Below, in pieces: positions 33,554 through 43,226 of a stretch of DNA of 64,000 nucleotides; position 1 is the first letter of the stretch; each line of letters begins with the position of its first letter. The notes below the pieces were generated by a model. The model was given only the letters and a program-made list of their open reading frames with translations, had not been told where the DNA came from and did not search any database. The stretch lies in the NCBI GenBank assembly GCA_963806265.1, contig CAWDXT010000004.1, positions 4,818-68,817 of the forward strand, read 5' to 3'. The translations under genes and the position numbers were made by a program. This stretch comes from an uncultured Chloroflexia bacterium. Lineage in GTDB: Bacteria > Chloroflexota > Limnocylindria > Limnocylindrales > CSP1-4.

Positions 33554-34524
33554 CGGTCGGGATCCACGTCGTCGTGGTCGGCGGGCGCGCTTCGGCCGCG
33601 CGTGCTCTTGACCTCGAACGCCTCCGGGGGCAGCGGGTCCAGGGGACGGCCCGCAGCGAGATCCCTGGCCCGGGCGATGTTGACCGCGTCGTAGCCGGCG
33701 TCCATGCCCGGCGTCTCGAGGTAGTAGACGACGTGGTCGAGCTTCGGGTGGGTCAGCAGCCGCGCCAGCCCGGCGACGCCGATCTGCCCGCCCCCGAGGT
33801 GCTCGTGGCGATCCAACAGGGAGCCGCAGGCGAAGCGCGAGTCGTTGAGATGGACCATCCGCAGCCGCTCGAGCCCGAGCTGCTCGTCGAACGCCTCGAT
33901 GACCTCGTCCACGCCCTCGGCATCACCGATCGGATAGCCGGCGCCCCACAGGTGCGCCGTATCGAGGCAGTAGCCGAACCGATCGTGGTCGAGCCCGGTC
34001 GCCGTCGCGGCCAGGTCGATCCGCGCCAGGCTCTCGATCCGGGCGCCCATGCCGAAGCCGCCGCCGGCGCCGTTCTCGAACACCAGGACCACGTCCGGGG
34101 CGTCGGCGACGGCCAGGTCGAGCACCCGGGTCAGGCCCACGACCAGTCGCCCGGTACCGGCCGTCTCGCCCGCGCCGCGATGCGACCCGATGTGGACGTT
34201 GACGTACCGGGCACCGTACGTCGCCGCGACGCGCAGCTCGTTGGCCAGCACCTGCACCGAGCGCTCGAAGAAGTCCGGGTCCGGGCTGGCGAGGTTGACC
34301 AGGTAGGGGGCGTGGATGGTGATCGGGTCGATGTCGAGCTCGGCGAGCCGGGCCCGGAATGCCGGCAGCTCACGGGGTGGCAGGTGTCGACGGCGCCAGG
34401 AGACCGGGTTGTCGGTGAACACCTGGATCGTCGACGCGCCGATCTCGGCGGCTCGATCGGCCGCCCTGACCATGCCATCACCCAGCGGGAGGTGGGCGCC
34501 GAGGCGCCGGCCGTTCGGGAGCAT
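33550..34524 (-). CDS. nfo: Endonuclease IV
   Basis: LGAH, IHAPYLVNLAS, HIGS, CLDTAHLW, HLNDS, DRHEH, LETP. Confidence 0.93.
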   Translation of the reverse strand: MLPNGRRLGAHLPLGDGMVRAADRAAEIGASTIQVFTDNPVSWRRRHLPPRELPAFRARLAELDIDPITIHAPYLVNLASPDPDFFERSVQVLANELRVAATYGARYVNVHIGSHRGAGETAGTGRLVVGLTRVLDLAVADAPDVVLVFENGAGGGFGMGARIESLARIDLAATATGLDHDRFGYCLDTAHLWGAGYPIGDAEGVDEVIEAFDEQLGLERLRMVHLNDSRFACGSLLDRHEHLGGGQIGVAGLARLLTHPKLDHVVYYLETPGMDAGYDAVNIARARDLAAGRPLDPLPPEAFEVKSTRGRSAPADHDDVDPDR

Positions 34525-34658
34525 CCGGCCAAGCGTAACGGAGCGGGGTCGTCGGGCGTTCGTCCCGTTCGGCCTTCTCCGCGGGCGTTCCGACCTGCCG
34601 CGGATGCCGGAGCCGTCTCGAGCGGTCGATCCTCAGCGTCTCGAGCGGTCGCATCAGC

Positions 34659-35258
34659 TCAGCGCCCCGATCGGGCAGCCGAACCCCTGCGCGACGGCGT
34701 GTACTCGCCGCCCACCGCGGGCTCGATCAGCCCGTAGTCGCCGTCCCGCCGGCGGTACAGCACCGACACGTGCTCGTTCTCGGCGTTGACGAACACGTAG
34801 AAGTCGTGGCCCAGCTCCTCCATCGCCGTGACCGCGTCCTCCTCGAACATCGGCTCGATCGCGAACCGCTTGGTCTTGACGATCTGCCGCTCCCGGGTGC
34901 CGTCGGACGTCCCGTCCGCGATCGAGCGCAGGATCTCCTTCTCCTGCTGCGGGCGGGCCCGGACCCGGGGCTTCTCCTTGTGGTCGATCGCCTGGCGCTC
35001 CACCTTGTCCACGACGACGTCGAGGGCCGCCTGGTACGAGGCGCCCGATGCCCGGCTGCGCAGCGTCCGGCCGTCGATCACGAGCGTGACGTCGACGATG
35101 TGCGCGTCGGCGGCGCTCCGGTGTGCCTCGTTCGAGAGCTCGACGATGGCATCCGAGCGGTCGTCGAGGACGCGCTCGAGCCGGGCAAACTTGCGCTCCG
35201 CGTACTGCCTGACGCGGTCGGGGACCTCGAGGTTCTTGCCCCTGACGATCGTCCTCAC
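34659..35258 (-). CDS. hpf: Ribosome hibernation promoting factor (long HPF/RaiA)
   Basis: IVRGKNLEV, YQAALD..DKVERQ, KRFAIEPMFEEDA..MEELGHDFYVF, YRRRDGDYGLI. Confidence 0.94.
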   Translation of the reverse strand: MRTIVRGKNLEVPDRVRQYAERKFARLERVLDDRSDAIVELSNEAHRSAADAHIVDVTLVIDGRTLRSRASGASYQAALDVVVDKVERQAIDHKEKPRVRARPQQEKEILRSIADGTSDGTRERQIVKTKRFAIEPMFEEDAVTAMEELGHDFYVFVNAENEHVSVLYRRRDGDYGLIEPAVGGEYTPSRRGSAARSGR

Positions 35259-35511
35259 GGCTGACCTCCCGGCGCGATGCGGGCGCCTGGCTACGGGGGC
35301 GAGCGGGCCCGATTCGGAGGGCTCCGCCCTGGAACCCGAGTATAGCCACGAGGACCGATCCGACCGTAGAGCCGATCGAACCCTCCGGTCCGAACGAAGG
35401 TGCTGTCGCGCGCGCCGTCGAGCGTCCGCCGAACGCGATTCGCGTATCGCCGCGCCGACGGGATCGGCGTCGTCCCGGCCGCGCTGCTCGGCGCCTGAGC
35501 GACGACCCAGG

Positions 35512-36189
35512 TCATCGCTCGCGGGCCACCGTGATCGCGCTCACTGCCGCCGCACCCGCGAGCAGCAGGGCAGCGGCGGACGCCGTGAGCGTCGCGCCGG
35601 TGGTGACGACGTCGTCGACGAGCACGATCCAGCGTCCGGCGACCACGTGGGCCGCCCCGGGGCGGACGGCAAACGCGTTGGCCACGTTGGTCGCGCGTCG
35701 ACGGCGATCGAGCCGGTACTGCGGATCCGTGGCACGGACGCGGGCCAGCGCCGGCAGCCAGGGAAGCGCGAGGACATCGGCCGCCGCCGCGGCGATCAGC
35801 TCCGCCTGGTCGTAGCCGCGCTCGCGACGTCGGCCGGCATGAACCGGGACCGGCACCAGGATCTCACCGCCGGCTCCGGCTCTGGCCCAGCGCGCCGCCA
35901 CGATCTCGCCCAGCGGCCGGGCCAGCCGTCGCTCGCCGGTGTACTTGAGCGCGTGCAGCGCGCGTCGTGTCACGCCGCTGAACGGCGCGCACCACTCGAG
36001 CTGGAGCAGCGGCGCGGGCGGACCTTCCGCGAGGCCCAGCGGCGTGCCGGCGGGCAGCATGCACCGTGCCTCCACGGTCACCCGGCAGCGGGGGCACAGT
36101 GGCGGTCCTTCCACGCCGCAACCGGGACACACGGCCGGCAACGCGAGATCGAGCGCGCGGTCCACGGTGGCGCGCAGCAGTGACGGCAT
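35512..36189 (-). CDS. comF: ComF family phosphoribosyltransferase-like protein
   Basis: CPGC/CPRC Zn finger, LVPVP, RERGYDQA, LVDDVVTTGAT. Confidence 0.92.
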   Translation of the reverse strand: MPSLLRATVDRALDLALPAVCPGCGVEGPPLCPRCRVTVEARCMLPAGTPLGLAEGPPAPLLQLEWCAPFSGVTRRALHALKYTGERRLARPLGEIVAARWARAGAGGEILVPVPVHAGRRRERGYDQAELIAAAAADVLALPWLPALARVRATDPQYRLDRRRRATNVANAFAVRPGAAHVVAGRWIVLVDDVVTTGATLTASAAALLLAGAAAVSAITVARER

Positions 36190-36308
36190 CGGCCCACCAT
36201 GATGGTCGCCGCTCACCTGGCGCTAACCCAGCGCTCACCTGGCGCTTGCCAGCGGCGGCTGCGTGGCCAACAGCCCGCCCATGCGGCCCAGCCATGCGTC
36301 GAACATGA

Positions 36309-36337
36309 CGACGCCCGGCCGTCGTGGCCGGGCGTCG
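36309..36337. terminator. 12-bp GC hairpin downstream of dhaK
   Basis: CGACGCCCGGCC-gtcgt-GGCCGGGCGTCG; weak U-tract. Confidence 0.55.
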
Positions 36338-36369
36338 ACTGCGTTGGATGGGGCCTGGCGGCCCTCCGC

Positions 36370-37365
36370 TCAGAACACGCGGTAGGCGATCTCCGCCGGG
36401 GCCAGGAGCAGCTCCTTGATCTCGTCGTCGACCTTGAGCAGCGAGATGTGGCAGCCCGCCATCTCGAGCGAGGTGCAGTACTCGCCGACGTAGCTGCGGA
36501 ACACCTTGATCCCCTTGTCGGCCAGCTGCTTGTGCGCCCGCCCGTAGAGCAGGTACAGCTCGCTGATCGGGGTGCCGCCGAGGCCGTTGACCATCAGCGC
36601 GACCTCGTCACCGGACTTGAACGGGAGATCCGGCACGATCGCGTCGAGCAGCAGGTCCACGATCTCGTTGGCGGACACCAGCTTGGTGCGCTGGCGGCCC
36701 GGCTCGCCGTGGATGCCGATGCCGACCTCCATCTCGTCGTCCGCGATCTCGAACAGCGGCGTGCCGCGCACGGGCGGGGTGCACGACGAGAGGGCGATGC
36801 CCATCGTCCGCACGTTGGCGATCACCTTCTCGCCGACCCGGACGCACTCCTCGAGGGAGCCGCCCTTGTCGGCCATCGCCGCCGCTGCCTTGATCACGAA
36901 GAAGTTGCCGGCCACGCCGCGGCGACCGACCGTCCAGGTGGAGTCCTTGACGGCCACGTCGTCGTTGACCAGCAGGTAGCCGATCTTCTGGCCCTCGGCC
37001 TCCTGGAGCTCCTTCGCCATCTCCCACGCGGAGCGGTCGCCCGTGTAGTTGTTGACGATGTAGAGCACGCCCTTGGGCGTGTCCATGAGCTTGGAGGTCT
37101 CGGTCACGAACTCGACCGGCGGGCCTGCGAACACGTCGCCCGGGCAGGCGGCGTCGAGCATGCCGGGGCCGACGATCATCGTGTGGGCCGGCTCGTGGCC
37201 GGAGCCCGAGCCCTGGATGATCGACACCCGATCCGGCTTGGGCATGTCGGCCCGGTAGATCAGGTTGTACTTGGGCTCGTACTTGAGCGTGCCACCGCTG
37301 GCGAGCTGGATGCCCTCGAGGAACTCGGGGACGAACTGCCTCGGATCGTTGACGAACTTCTTCAC
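36370..37365 (-). CDS. dhaK: Dihydroxyacetone kinase subunit DhaK
   Basis: MKKFVN, GSGSGHEPAH, NNYTGD, GRRGVAG, GIGIHGEPG, NGLGGTP. Confidence 0.93.
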   Translation of the reverse strand: MKKFVNDPRQFVPEFLEGIQLASGGTLKYEPKYNLIYRADMPKPDRVSIIQGSGSGHEPAHTMIVGPGMLDAACPGDVFAGPPVEFVTETSKLMDTPKGVLYIVNNYTGDRSAWEMAKELQEAEGQKIGYLLVNDDVAVKDSTWTVGRRGVAGNFFVIKAAAAMADKGGSLEECVRVGEKVIANVRTMGIALSSCTPPVRGTPLFEIADDEMEVGIGIHGEPGRQRTKLVSANEIVDLLLDAIVPDLPFKSGDEVALMVNGLGGTPISELYLLYGRAHKQLADKGIKVFRSYVGEYCTSLEMAGCHISLLKVDDEIKELLLAPAEIAYRVF

Positions 37366-37377
37366 GATTCGCTTCCC

Positions 37378-38037
37378 CTATGCCTGGCCGTATTTCTCAG
37401 CCCAGGCCGCGGCCACGGCCTGGAGAATGACCCCGATCGCGGTGGCGCCGGCGTCCACCGAATCCCGGCTCCGCTCGCCCGTGTACGCGGCCCGGCCGCG
37501 CATGGCGAGCATTCCCTTGGTGTCCTCGGCAGCCTTGACCGCGACGTCCGCCGCCTTCTGGACCGCGGCCACGCCGTGGTCCTCGACGGTCGCCGGATCC
37601 TTGAAGCTGGCCTCGAGGCTGTCCGTTGCGGGCGAGAGGGCATCGAGCAGGGTCTTGTCCCCCAGCGACGCCCCGCCGCGGGCCATGATCCCCTCCATGG
37701 CAGCCCGCAGCATCTGGATCACGAGGTCGGGCGTGAGGTCCTGCTCACCGGCCGTGACGCCGGCTCGCAGGAACGCGGTCCCCCACATCGGTCCGCTGAC
37801 GCCGCCAACCTTGCCGGCCAGCGTGAGGCCGATCTTCTTGAGCACGGCGCCCGCGTTCGGCCGATCCCAGCTGTCGTAGTCGGCCTGGACCACCTCCCAG
37901 CCATTGCGCAGCGAGTACCCGAAGTCGCCATCGCCCACGATCGAGTCGAGCTGGGCGAAGTAGTCCGCGTTCTCGACGATCGTGTCCGCCATCGTCTTGA
38001 TCACGAGGTCGAGATCGTCGAGGGACGAGTCCGTCAT
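37378..38037 (-). CDS. dhaL: Dihydroxyacetone kinase subunit DhaL
   Basis: LDSIVGDGDFG, GGVSGPMWG, GDKTLLDAL, GRAAYTGERS..DAGA. Confidence 0.93.
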   Translation of the reverse strand: MTDSSLDDLDLVIKTMADTIVENADYFAQLDSIVGDGDFGYSLRNGWEVVQADYDSWDRPNAGAVLKKIGLTLAGKVGGVSGPMWGTAFLRAGVTAGEQDLTPDLVIQMLRAAMEGIMARGGASLGDKTLLDALSPATDSLEASFKDPATVEDHGVAAVQKAADVAVKAAEDTKGMLAMRGRAAYTGERSRDSVDAGATAIGVILQAVAAAWAEKYGQA

Positions 38038-38076
38038 CCCTGTCTCCCTTCGAGGTTGCACCTCCTGCCGCCGCGG

Positions 38077-38850
38077 CTACGAGGCCAGGATCGCCTCCAG
38101 ATCCGCGAGCGTGATGTAGTTGGCCGGGCTCGCCCCGCTGCGGTTCGCGATGACCTGCGTCTGCTCACCGCCCGGGTCACCCAGTGACGTCACAACCAGC
38201 GATGCCTCGGTGTTGTCCTCCTCCTGTGTGTACCCGTTGACGGTCATCAGGCAGCGCAGGCCTGCGCCAACGGCGGCCAGCAGGCCATTGCGCGAGTCCT
38301 CGACCACGAGCACCGTGGCCGGATCGACGTCCAGCCGCTCGAGCGCGAGGAGATAGATCGCCGGATCGGGCTTCTTGCGCGGGACCACGTCGCCCGCGAG
38401 GAGCACGTCGAACCGATCCGCCCGCTCCCTGCCCACGGCGTACTCGAGGATGGCGCGCACGGACGGCTCGGCCGAGGTCGAGGCCACCGCGAGCTTCCAG
38501 CCGGCGTCCTGCGCGTCGGAGATGATGCGCCGGATGCCCGGCCGCGGCGGCAGCTTCCCGTCCGCGACCATCTGCGTGTAGATGGCGGTCTTGCGCTTGT
38601 GCCACCTGGCGACCTCGTCTGCCAGCGCCGCTGGATCCTCGGGCAGCCCGGCTGCCTTGATCACCTCGGGCGTCAGCGCGCTCGCCATGCGCTCCTTGCC
38701 ACCGCCGACCTTGAGCCGCTCCCCGTACTCCTCCTCGGTCCAGTGGAGCGGGACCCCGAACTCCTCGAACACCTGGTTGAACGCCGGCAGGTGCCCGTAG
38801 CGCTCGGTGTCGGCGAGCACCCCGTCGCAGTCGAAGATCAGCGCGCTCAT
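38077..38850 (-). CDS. HAD-IA hydrolase, CbbY-like
   Basis: FDCDGVLADTERYGH..AFN, GGGKERM, KKPDPAIY, VEDSRNGL. Confidence 0.88.
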   Translation of the reverse strand: MSALIFDCDGVLADTERYGHLPAFNQVFEEFGVPLHWTEEEYGERLKVGGGKERMASALTPEVIKAAGLPEDPAALADEVARWHKRKTAIYTQMVADGKLPPRPGIRRIISDAQDAGWKLAVASTSAEPSVRAILEYAVGRERADRFDVLLAGDVVPRKKPDPAIYLLALERLDVDPATVLVVEDSRNGLLAAVGAGLRCLMTVNGYTQEEDNTEASLVVTSLGDPGGEQTQVIANRSGASPANYITLADLEAILAS

Positions 38851-38854
38851 CGGG

Positions 38855-39706
38855 TCACCACGCCTTGCCCGCGCCGCCGAACAGCCCGATGTGGTGCGCG
38901 GCCATGTCCTTCACCGCGGCCCGCTGCACCTTGAAGATCGACGGCGGGTCGTACTTGCCGGGGTTCTCGGTCATGTAGTCGTAGCCCGACTTCATGAACG
39001 CGATCTTGAGCGCGGTCGAGATGTTGACCTTGGCGCAGCCACGGCTGATGAGGTCCGTGAACTGCTCGGGGCTCATGCCCGTGCCGCCGTGGAGCGCCAC
39101 CGGGATCCCGGTCGCGGCCACGATGTCGGACACGCGCTGCGAATCGAGCTTGGGCGTCGCGGCGTACGTGCCGTGCGCGTTGCCGATCGCGGGCGCGAAC
39201 ACGTCCACGCCGGTGGCCTTGATGAACTCGACCACGGTCTCGAGGCGCTGGACCTGCTCGGCCTCGTCGCCCGTCATGTCCTCGGTTCGCTTGAAGCCCT
39301 CGATCTCGCCCTCGACGGCGGCCCCGTACCTGGCGGCCTCGGCCACGACCTCGATGCACTGGCGCTGGTTCTCCTCGACCGTGAGGCTCGAGGCGTCGAA
39401 CAGCACCGAGTTCCAGCCGGCGGCCAGGCACTCGGAGATGACCGACCGGTCGGGGCAGTGGTCCAGGTGGAGCGCGACCGGCACCGTGAGCTTGCGCGTC
39501 AGCTCGGTCCACATCGCATACATCAGCTCGACGCCGGTGAGCTGCACGTGCTTGACCGACGTCTGCACGATCAGCGGGGCCTTGAGCTCCTCGGCCGCTG
39601 CGAGGGCTGCCTCCATGGTCAGGTCGTTGACGACGTTGATGGCGGCAACCCCGTACCCCTCGTCAAACGCCCGCTTGAGGATCTCCTGGGTCGGAACGAC
39701 CGGCAC
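38855..39706 (-). CDS. fba: Class II fructose/ketose-bisphosphate aldolase
   Basis: [39 protein letters not shown]. Confidence 0.9.
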   Translation of the reverse strand: MPVVPTQEILKRAFDEGYGVAAINVVNDLTMEAALAAAEELKAPLIVQTSVKHVQLTGVELMYAMWTELTRKLTVPVALHLDHCPDRSVISECLAAGWNSVLFDASSLTVEENQRQCIEVVAEAARYGAAVEGEIEGFKRTEDMTGDEAEQVQRLETVVEFIKATGVDVFAPAIGNAHGTYAATPKLDSQRVSDIVAATGIPVALHGGTGMSPEQFTDLISRGCAKVNISTALKIAFMKSGYDYMTENPGKYDPPSIFKVQRAAVKDMAAHHIGLFGGAGKAW

Positions 39707-39707
39707 C

Positions 39708-40700
39708 TCACACCTCCATCGTGGGACGCAACTCATTCCCGGTGGCCAGCTCGAGCAGGACCCGGGCGTTGACCTCGTCCACCACGAGGACATCCGCCAC
39801 GCCGGTCCGCAGGACCCCGAGGATCGCCATCGGCTTCTCGCGCTCGCTGGCCACGACGATCACCGTCTCGATGGCCGCGAGCTCGCCCAGCCCCAGGCCC
39901 ACCAGTCGCCCGGTCTCGGCTGACTCGAGGAGCCGGCCATCGATGCTCACGTAGTTGCCGAGGATGTCGCCCACGGCGCCCGCGTCGCGCAGGGTCGCGA
40001 TCTCGCCGAGCGAGAAGCACCCGCTGCGAACCATCGTGCAGTCGTCGTCGGTGCCGCCGATGCCCACCAGGGCGATCGACGCCGTCGCGGCCGTGCGCAG
40101 CGACTCGGCGACGGCCGGCTGACGCAGCAGCTGGTCGCGCATCTGGACGTCCTCGACGTGGGCAGGCGCGAACAGCCCAACGCCGGTGCCCCGGCTTCGA
40201 TCGGCCAGCCGGCGCACGATCTCGTTGGGGTTGGTCGGCGCATCGGCGCGCGGCGAGCCGCCCATCGCGCTCACGAACGTGGCCCGGACGGTGCGTCGCG
40301 GGTTGAAGAACCGGGGGACCTCGCCCACGTCGCGGCCGTGGCTGACGGCGACCACCGCGCCATCGGCCAGGATGCGGTCGAGGTAGCGGGCCGCGGCCCG
40401 GGCGACCTCCTCGCGCTGGGCCTGGGCATCGTCGCGTGCCGAGGCGACGATCACCTCGTCGAGGTCGAACAGGTCGCGCAGCCGTCGCTCCAGCTCGACG
40501 TGCAGCCAGGACGGGGTGGAGACATGGATGTCCACGACACCCACCATCCGCGCCCGCTCGAGCAGCCGCTGGACCTTGGGGCGCGACAGGCCGAAGTGAC
40601 GGCCGAGCGCCTCCTGGGTCAGGCCATCCTCGTAGTAGCCCAGCGACAGCCGCGCAAGGAGCTCGAACTCGTCGGGTGCAAGGTCGTCGAGCGAGGCCAA
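39708..40700 (-). CDS. SorC/LsrR-family sugar-binding transcriptional regulator (start approximate)
   Basis: [41 protein letters not shown]. Confidence 0.9.
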   Translation of the reverse strand: MASLDDLAPDEFELLARLSLGYYEDGLTQEALGRHFGLSRPKVQRLLERARMVGVVDIHVSTPSWLHVELERRLRDLFDLDEVIVASARDDAQAQREEVARAAARYLDRILADGAVVAVSHGRDVGEVPRFFNPRRTVRATFVSAMGGSPRADAPTNPNEIVRRLADRSRGTGVGLFAPAHVEDVQMRDQLLRQPAVAESLRTAATASIALVGIGGTDDDCTMVRSGCFSLGEIATLRDAGAVGDILGNYVSIDGRLLESAETGRLVGLGLGELAAIETVIVVASEREKPMAILGVLRTGVADVLVVDEVNARVLLELATGNELRPTMEV

Positions 40701-40734
40701 CAGGATCCCCGGAAGTGCCCTTGGAATGCCTGGC

Positions 40735-40750
40735 GTGAGCAATTGCTCAC
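40735..40750. promoter_or_regulatory. Perfect 16-bp palindrome GTGAGCAATTGCTCAC; candidate SorC operator
   Basis: Directly upstream of the regulator; extra TGCTC half-sites at 40763 and 40773. Confidence 0.7.
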
Positions 40751-40836
40751 GAGTGGGTGAATGCTCATATTGTGCTCGAAACGGCACGCTTCCGCAAGGC
40801 CGCCGGATCGCAGCGGCAACCTACCCGGGGAAGGGA

Positions 40837-41259
40837 TCAGACGCGCTCGACGATCTCCAGGCGGTCGCCGACAGCCGTGCCCGTGGCGTCGATCGTGCCC
40901 ACCGGCAGCTCCAGCACGCCGTCCGCGCCACGGACCAGCGGCACCAGCCCGGTCCACGCGCGCAGCCCGCGATGCACCGACCGGACCTGGCGCGACCCAT
41001 CGGGCGCGGACTTCGTCACGAACACCGCGTCGATCGGGAAGCGCATGAACATCATGTGGATCCCGTTGCTGGCCGGCAGCCACAGCCCGAAGCCGACGGG
41101 GAGCACCCGGCGGCCCATCAGGCCCCAGAACTTGGCCCACAGCGAGCCCGCCGTCTCGAGGTGCTCGGCGAGCACGGTCTCGCGATCGAGGTTGCGGGCC
41201 ACGCCCGGGGCGCGCAACCCGCTTGGGGCCTTGACCCCGCTCGGGGCCTCGTCGGTCAC
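40837..41259 (-). CDS. DUF192 family protein
   Basis: GLMGR, IHMMFMRFPIDAVF, VLELPVG, GDRL. Confidence 0.88.
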   Translation of the reverse strand: MTDEAPSGVKAPSGLRAPGVARNLDRETVLAEHLETAGSLWAKFWGLMGRRVLPVGFGLWLPASNGIHMMFMRFPIDAVFVTKSAPDGSRQVRSVHRGLRAWTGLVPLVRGADGVLELPVGTIDATGTAVGDRLEIVERV

Positions 41260-42191
41260 TACGCCTTGAGGTTGATCATGATCAGGATGATCGCCGGGCC
41301 CAGGATGACGATGAACAGCGACGGGAAGATGCACCCGACCAGCGGGAACAGCATCTTGATCGGCGCCTTGGCCGCCATCTCCTCGGCGCGCTGCCGGCGC
41401 TCGATGCGCAGCTGCTCCGACTGGACCTGGAGCACCTTGCTGATCGACACGCCCAGCTGCTCGGCCTGGATGATCGCCCCGATGAAGTTGGTGAGGGCCG
41501 GGACCTCGGTCCGGGGCACGATGTCCCGCAGCGCGTCGCGCCGCGGCTTGCCCACCCGGATCTCCGCCAGCGCCCGCCGGAACTCGTCGGTGAGCGGCCC
41601 GTGGAGCTTCTCGACGACCTTGGCCAGCGCGCCGTCGAAGCCGAGGCCGGCGCGGACGGAGATCGTCAGCAGGTCCAGGGCGTCCGGGATCTGGAGCAGG
41701 ATCGCGTTCTGGCGGCCGCGCACCCGGCCGCCGAGCCAGAACTCGGGCAGCGTGTAGCCGAGGAACCCGCCGACGACGATCATCACCAGCGGGATCGGCA
41801 GCGGCAGGCCCATGATGTCGATCACGAGGAACAGCAGGAAGAACAGGACCGCGCCGACGATCGCGCCGACCGCCTTGATGCCCAGCCAGTCCGCCACCCG
41901 CAGGTCGCCGGGGTTGCCGGCCAGCGCCAGCCGCTTCTCGGTCGTCTGCGTGAACGAGGTGCTGGTGACGCGCGCGGTCGCGTTCGACAGCCGCGCGACC
42001 AGGGGCCGGATCGTCCGGTCGACGAGCGGCGCCTGGAGCTCCAGCTCCTCGAGGTTCTTGGCCTCCATCGTTCCCAGCTGGCTGAGACGGGCCTGCACGG
42101 GGTCCACCGGGGAGCCCCCGGCCAGCCCGACGAAGATCAGCAGGATCGCGCCGGCCGCCAGGACCGCGACGAGGATGGTGATCGGATCCAT
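41259..42191 (-). CDS. tadC: Tad pilus T2SSF-family membrane protein TadC
   Basis: PDALDLL..RAGLGFD, AEQLG, RRQRAEEMAAK. Confidence 0.92.
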   Translation of the reverse strand: MDPITILVAVLAAGAILLIFVGLAGGSPVDPVQARLSQLGTMEAKNLEELELQAPLVDRTIRPLVARLSNATARVTSTSFTQTTEKRLALAGNPGDLRVADWLGIKAVGAIVGAVLFFLLFLVIDIMGLPLPIPLVMIVVGGFLGYTLPEFWLGGRVRGRQNAILLQIPDALDLLTISVRAGLGFDGALAKVVEKLHGPLTDEFRRALAEIRVGKPRRDALRDIVPRTEVPALTNFIGAIIQAEQLGVSISKVLQVQSEQLRIERRQRAEEMAAKAPIKMLFPLVGCIFPSLFIVILGPAIILIMINLKA

Positions 42192-42194
42192 CGG

Positions 42195-43205
42195 CTAGAC
42201 CTCGATGTCCACGATGCGGCGGATGAACATGAAGCCCATGAACATCGCGAACCCGCCCAGGAACAGGATGATCACGCCGGCAGGCAGCCCGATGATCGAG
42301 ATGCGATCGTCGAACATCGGGTCCATGAACTTGGGCGCGGCGATGAACAGGAAGCCCGCGAGGCCGATGGGCAGGAACCCGACCACGTAGCCCGACAGCC
42401 GCTGCTGCGCGGTCAGGGTGCGGATCTCGCCCTTGATCCGGACCCGCTCGCGGATCGTGTACGCGATCGAGTCGAGGATCTCGGCGAGGTTGCCGCCCAC
42501 CTGGTGCTGGATCGAGATCGCGGTCGCCATCAGCTCGAGATCGTCCGACCTGACCCGGCGGACCATGTTCTCGAGCGCGGTGTCGAACGCCAGGCCCAGG
42601 TTCACCTCGCGGATCACCCGGCCGAACTCGGTCGAGATCGGTGGCCGCGACTCCCGCACCACGAGCTCGATCGCCTGGAGGAACGAGGAGCCGGCGCGCA
42701 GGGCGTTGGCGATCAGGGTGATCGTGTCCGGCAGCTGCTTGTTGAACGAGTTGAGGCGGCTCGACTTGCGCCGGCCAAGCCACAGCCGCGGGAGCATGAA
42801 CCCGACCAGGGCCCCGACCAGCAGGACGACCGGATTGCCCAGCGTGGGCAGGGCGACCGAGAGCACCAGCATCACGAGCGGGACGCCCACGATGCAGGCG
42901 GCCCAGATCATGAGGTACTCGCTGACCTTGAGGCGCAGGTCGGCGCGCGCGATCTCGCGCGCGAGGTTGGCGCCGAAGTCGCGCTGCTCGACGACCCGGT
43001 TGAGCTGGCTCATCGCCTGGCTCGACTGGAACGCCGCGGCGAGGCCGGCCTGGTCGCCGGCGCTCTCGGGCTTCTCCTCGCGCGTCGAGGCGTAGCGCTG
43101 CAGCCGGGCGTTCACGCCCGACCCGCTGCCGGACATCGCGATCCCGACCGCAATCACCAGGATCGCGAGGGCGGCGATGCCAGCGATGAGGATCGTCATG
43201 TCCAC
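42195..43205 (-). CDS. tadB: Tad pilus T2SSF-family membrane protein TadB
   Basis: QLPDTI..LRAGSS, GGNLAEILD..TIRER, LTAQQRLS. Confidence 0.92.
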   Translation of the reverse strand: MDMTILIAGIAALAILVIAVGIAMSGSGSGVNARLQRYASTREEKPESAGDQAGLAAAFQSSQAMSQLNRVVEQRDFGANLAREIARADLRLKVSEYLMIWAACIVGVPLVMLVLSVALPTLGNPVVLLVGALVGFMLPRLWLGRRKSSRLNSFNKQLPDTITLIANALRAGSSFLQAIELVVRESRPPISTEFGRVIREVNLGLAFDTALENMVRRVRSDDLELMATAISIQHQVGGNLAEILDSIAYTIRERVRIKGEIRTLTAQQRLSGYVVGFLPIGLAGFLFIAAPKFMDPMFDDRISIIGLPAGVIILFLGGFAMFMGFMFIRRIVDIEV

Positions 43206-43226
43206 GATTGGTCTCCCCGTCTCTTC

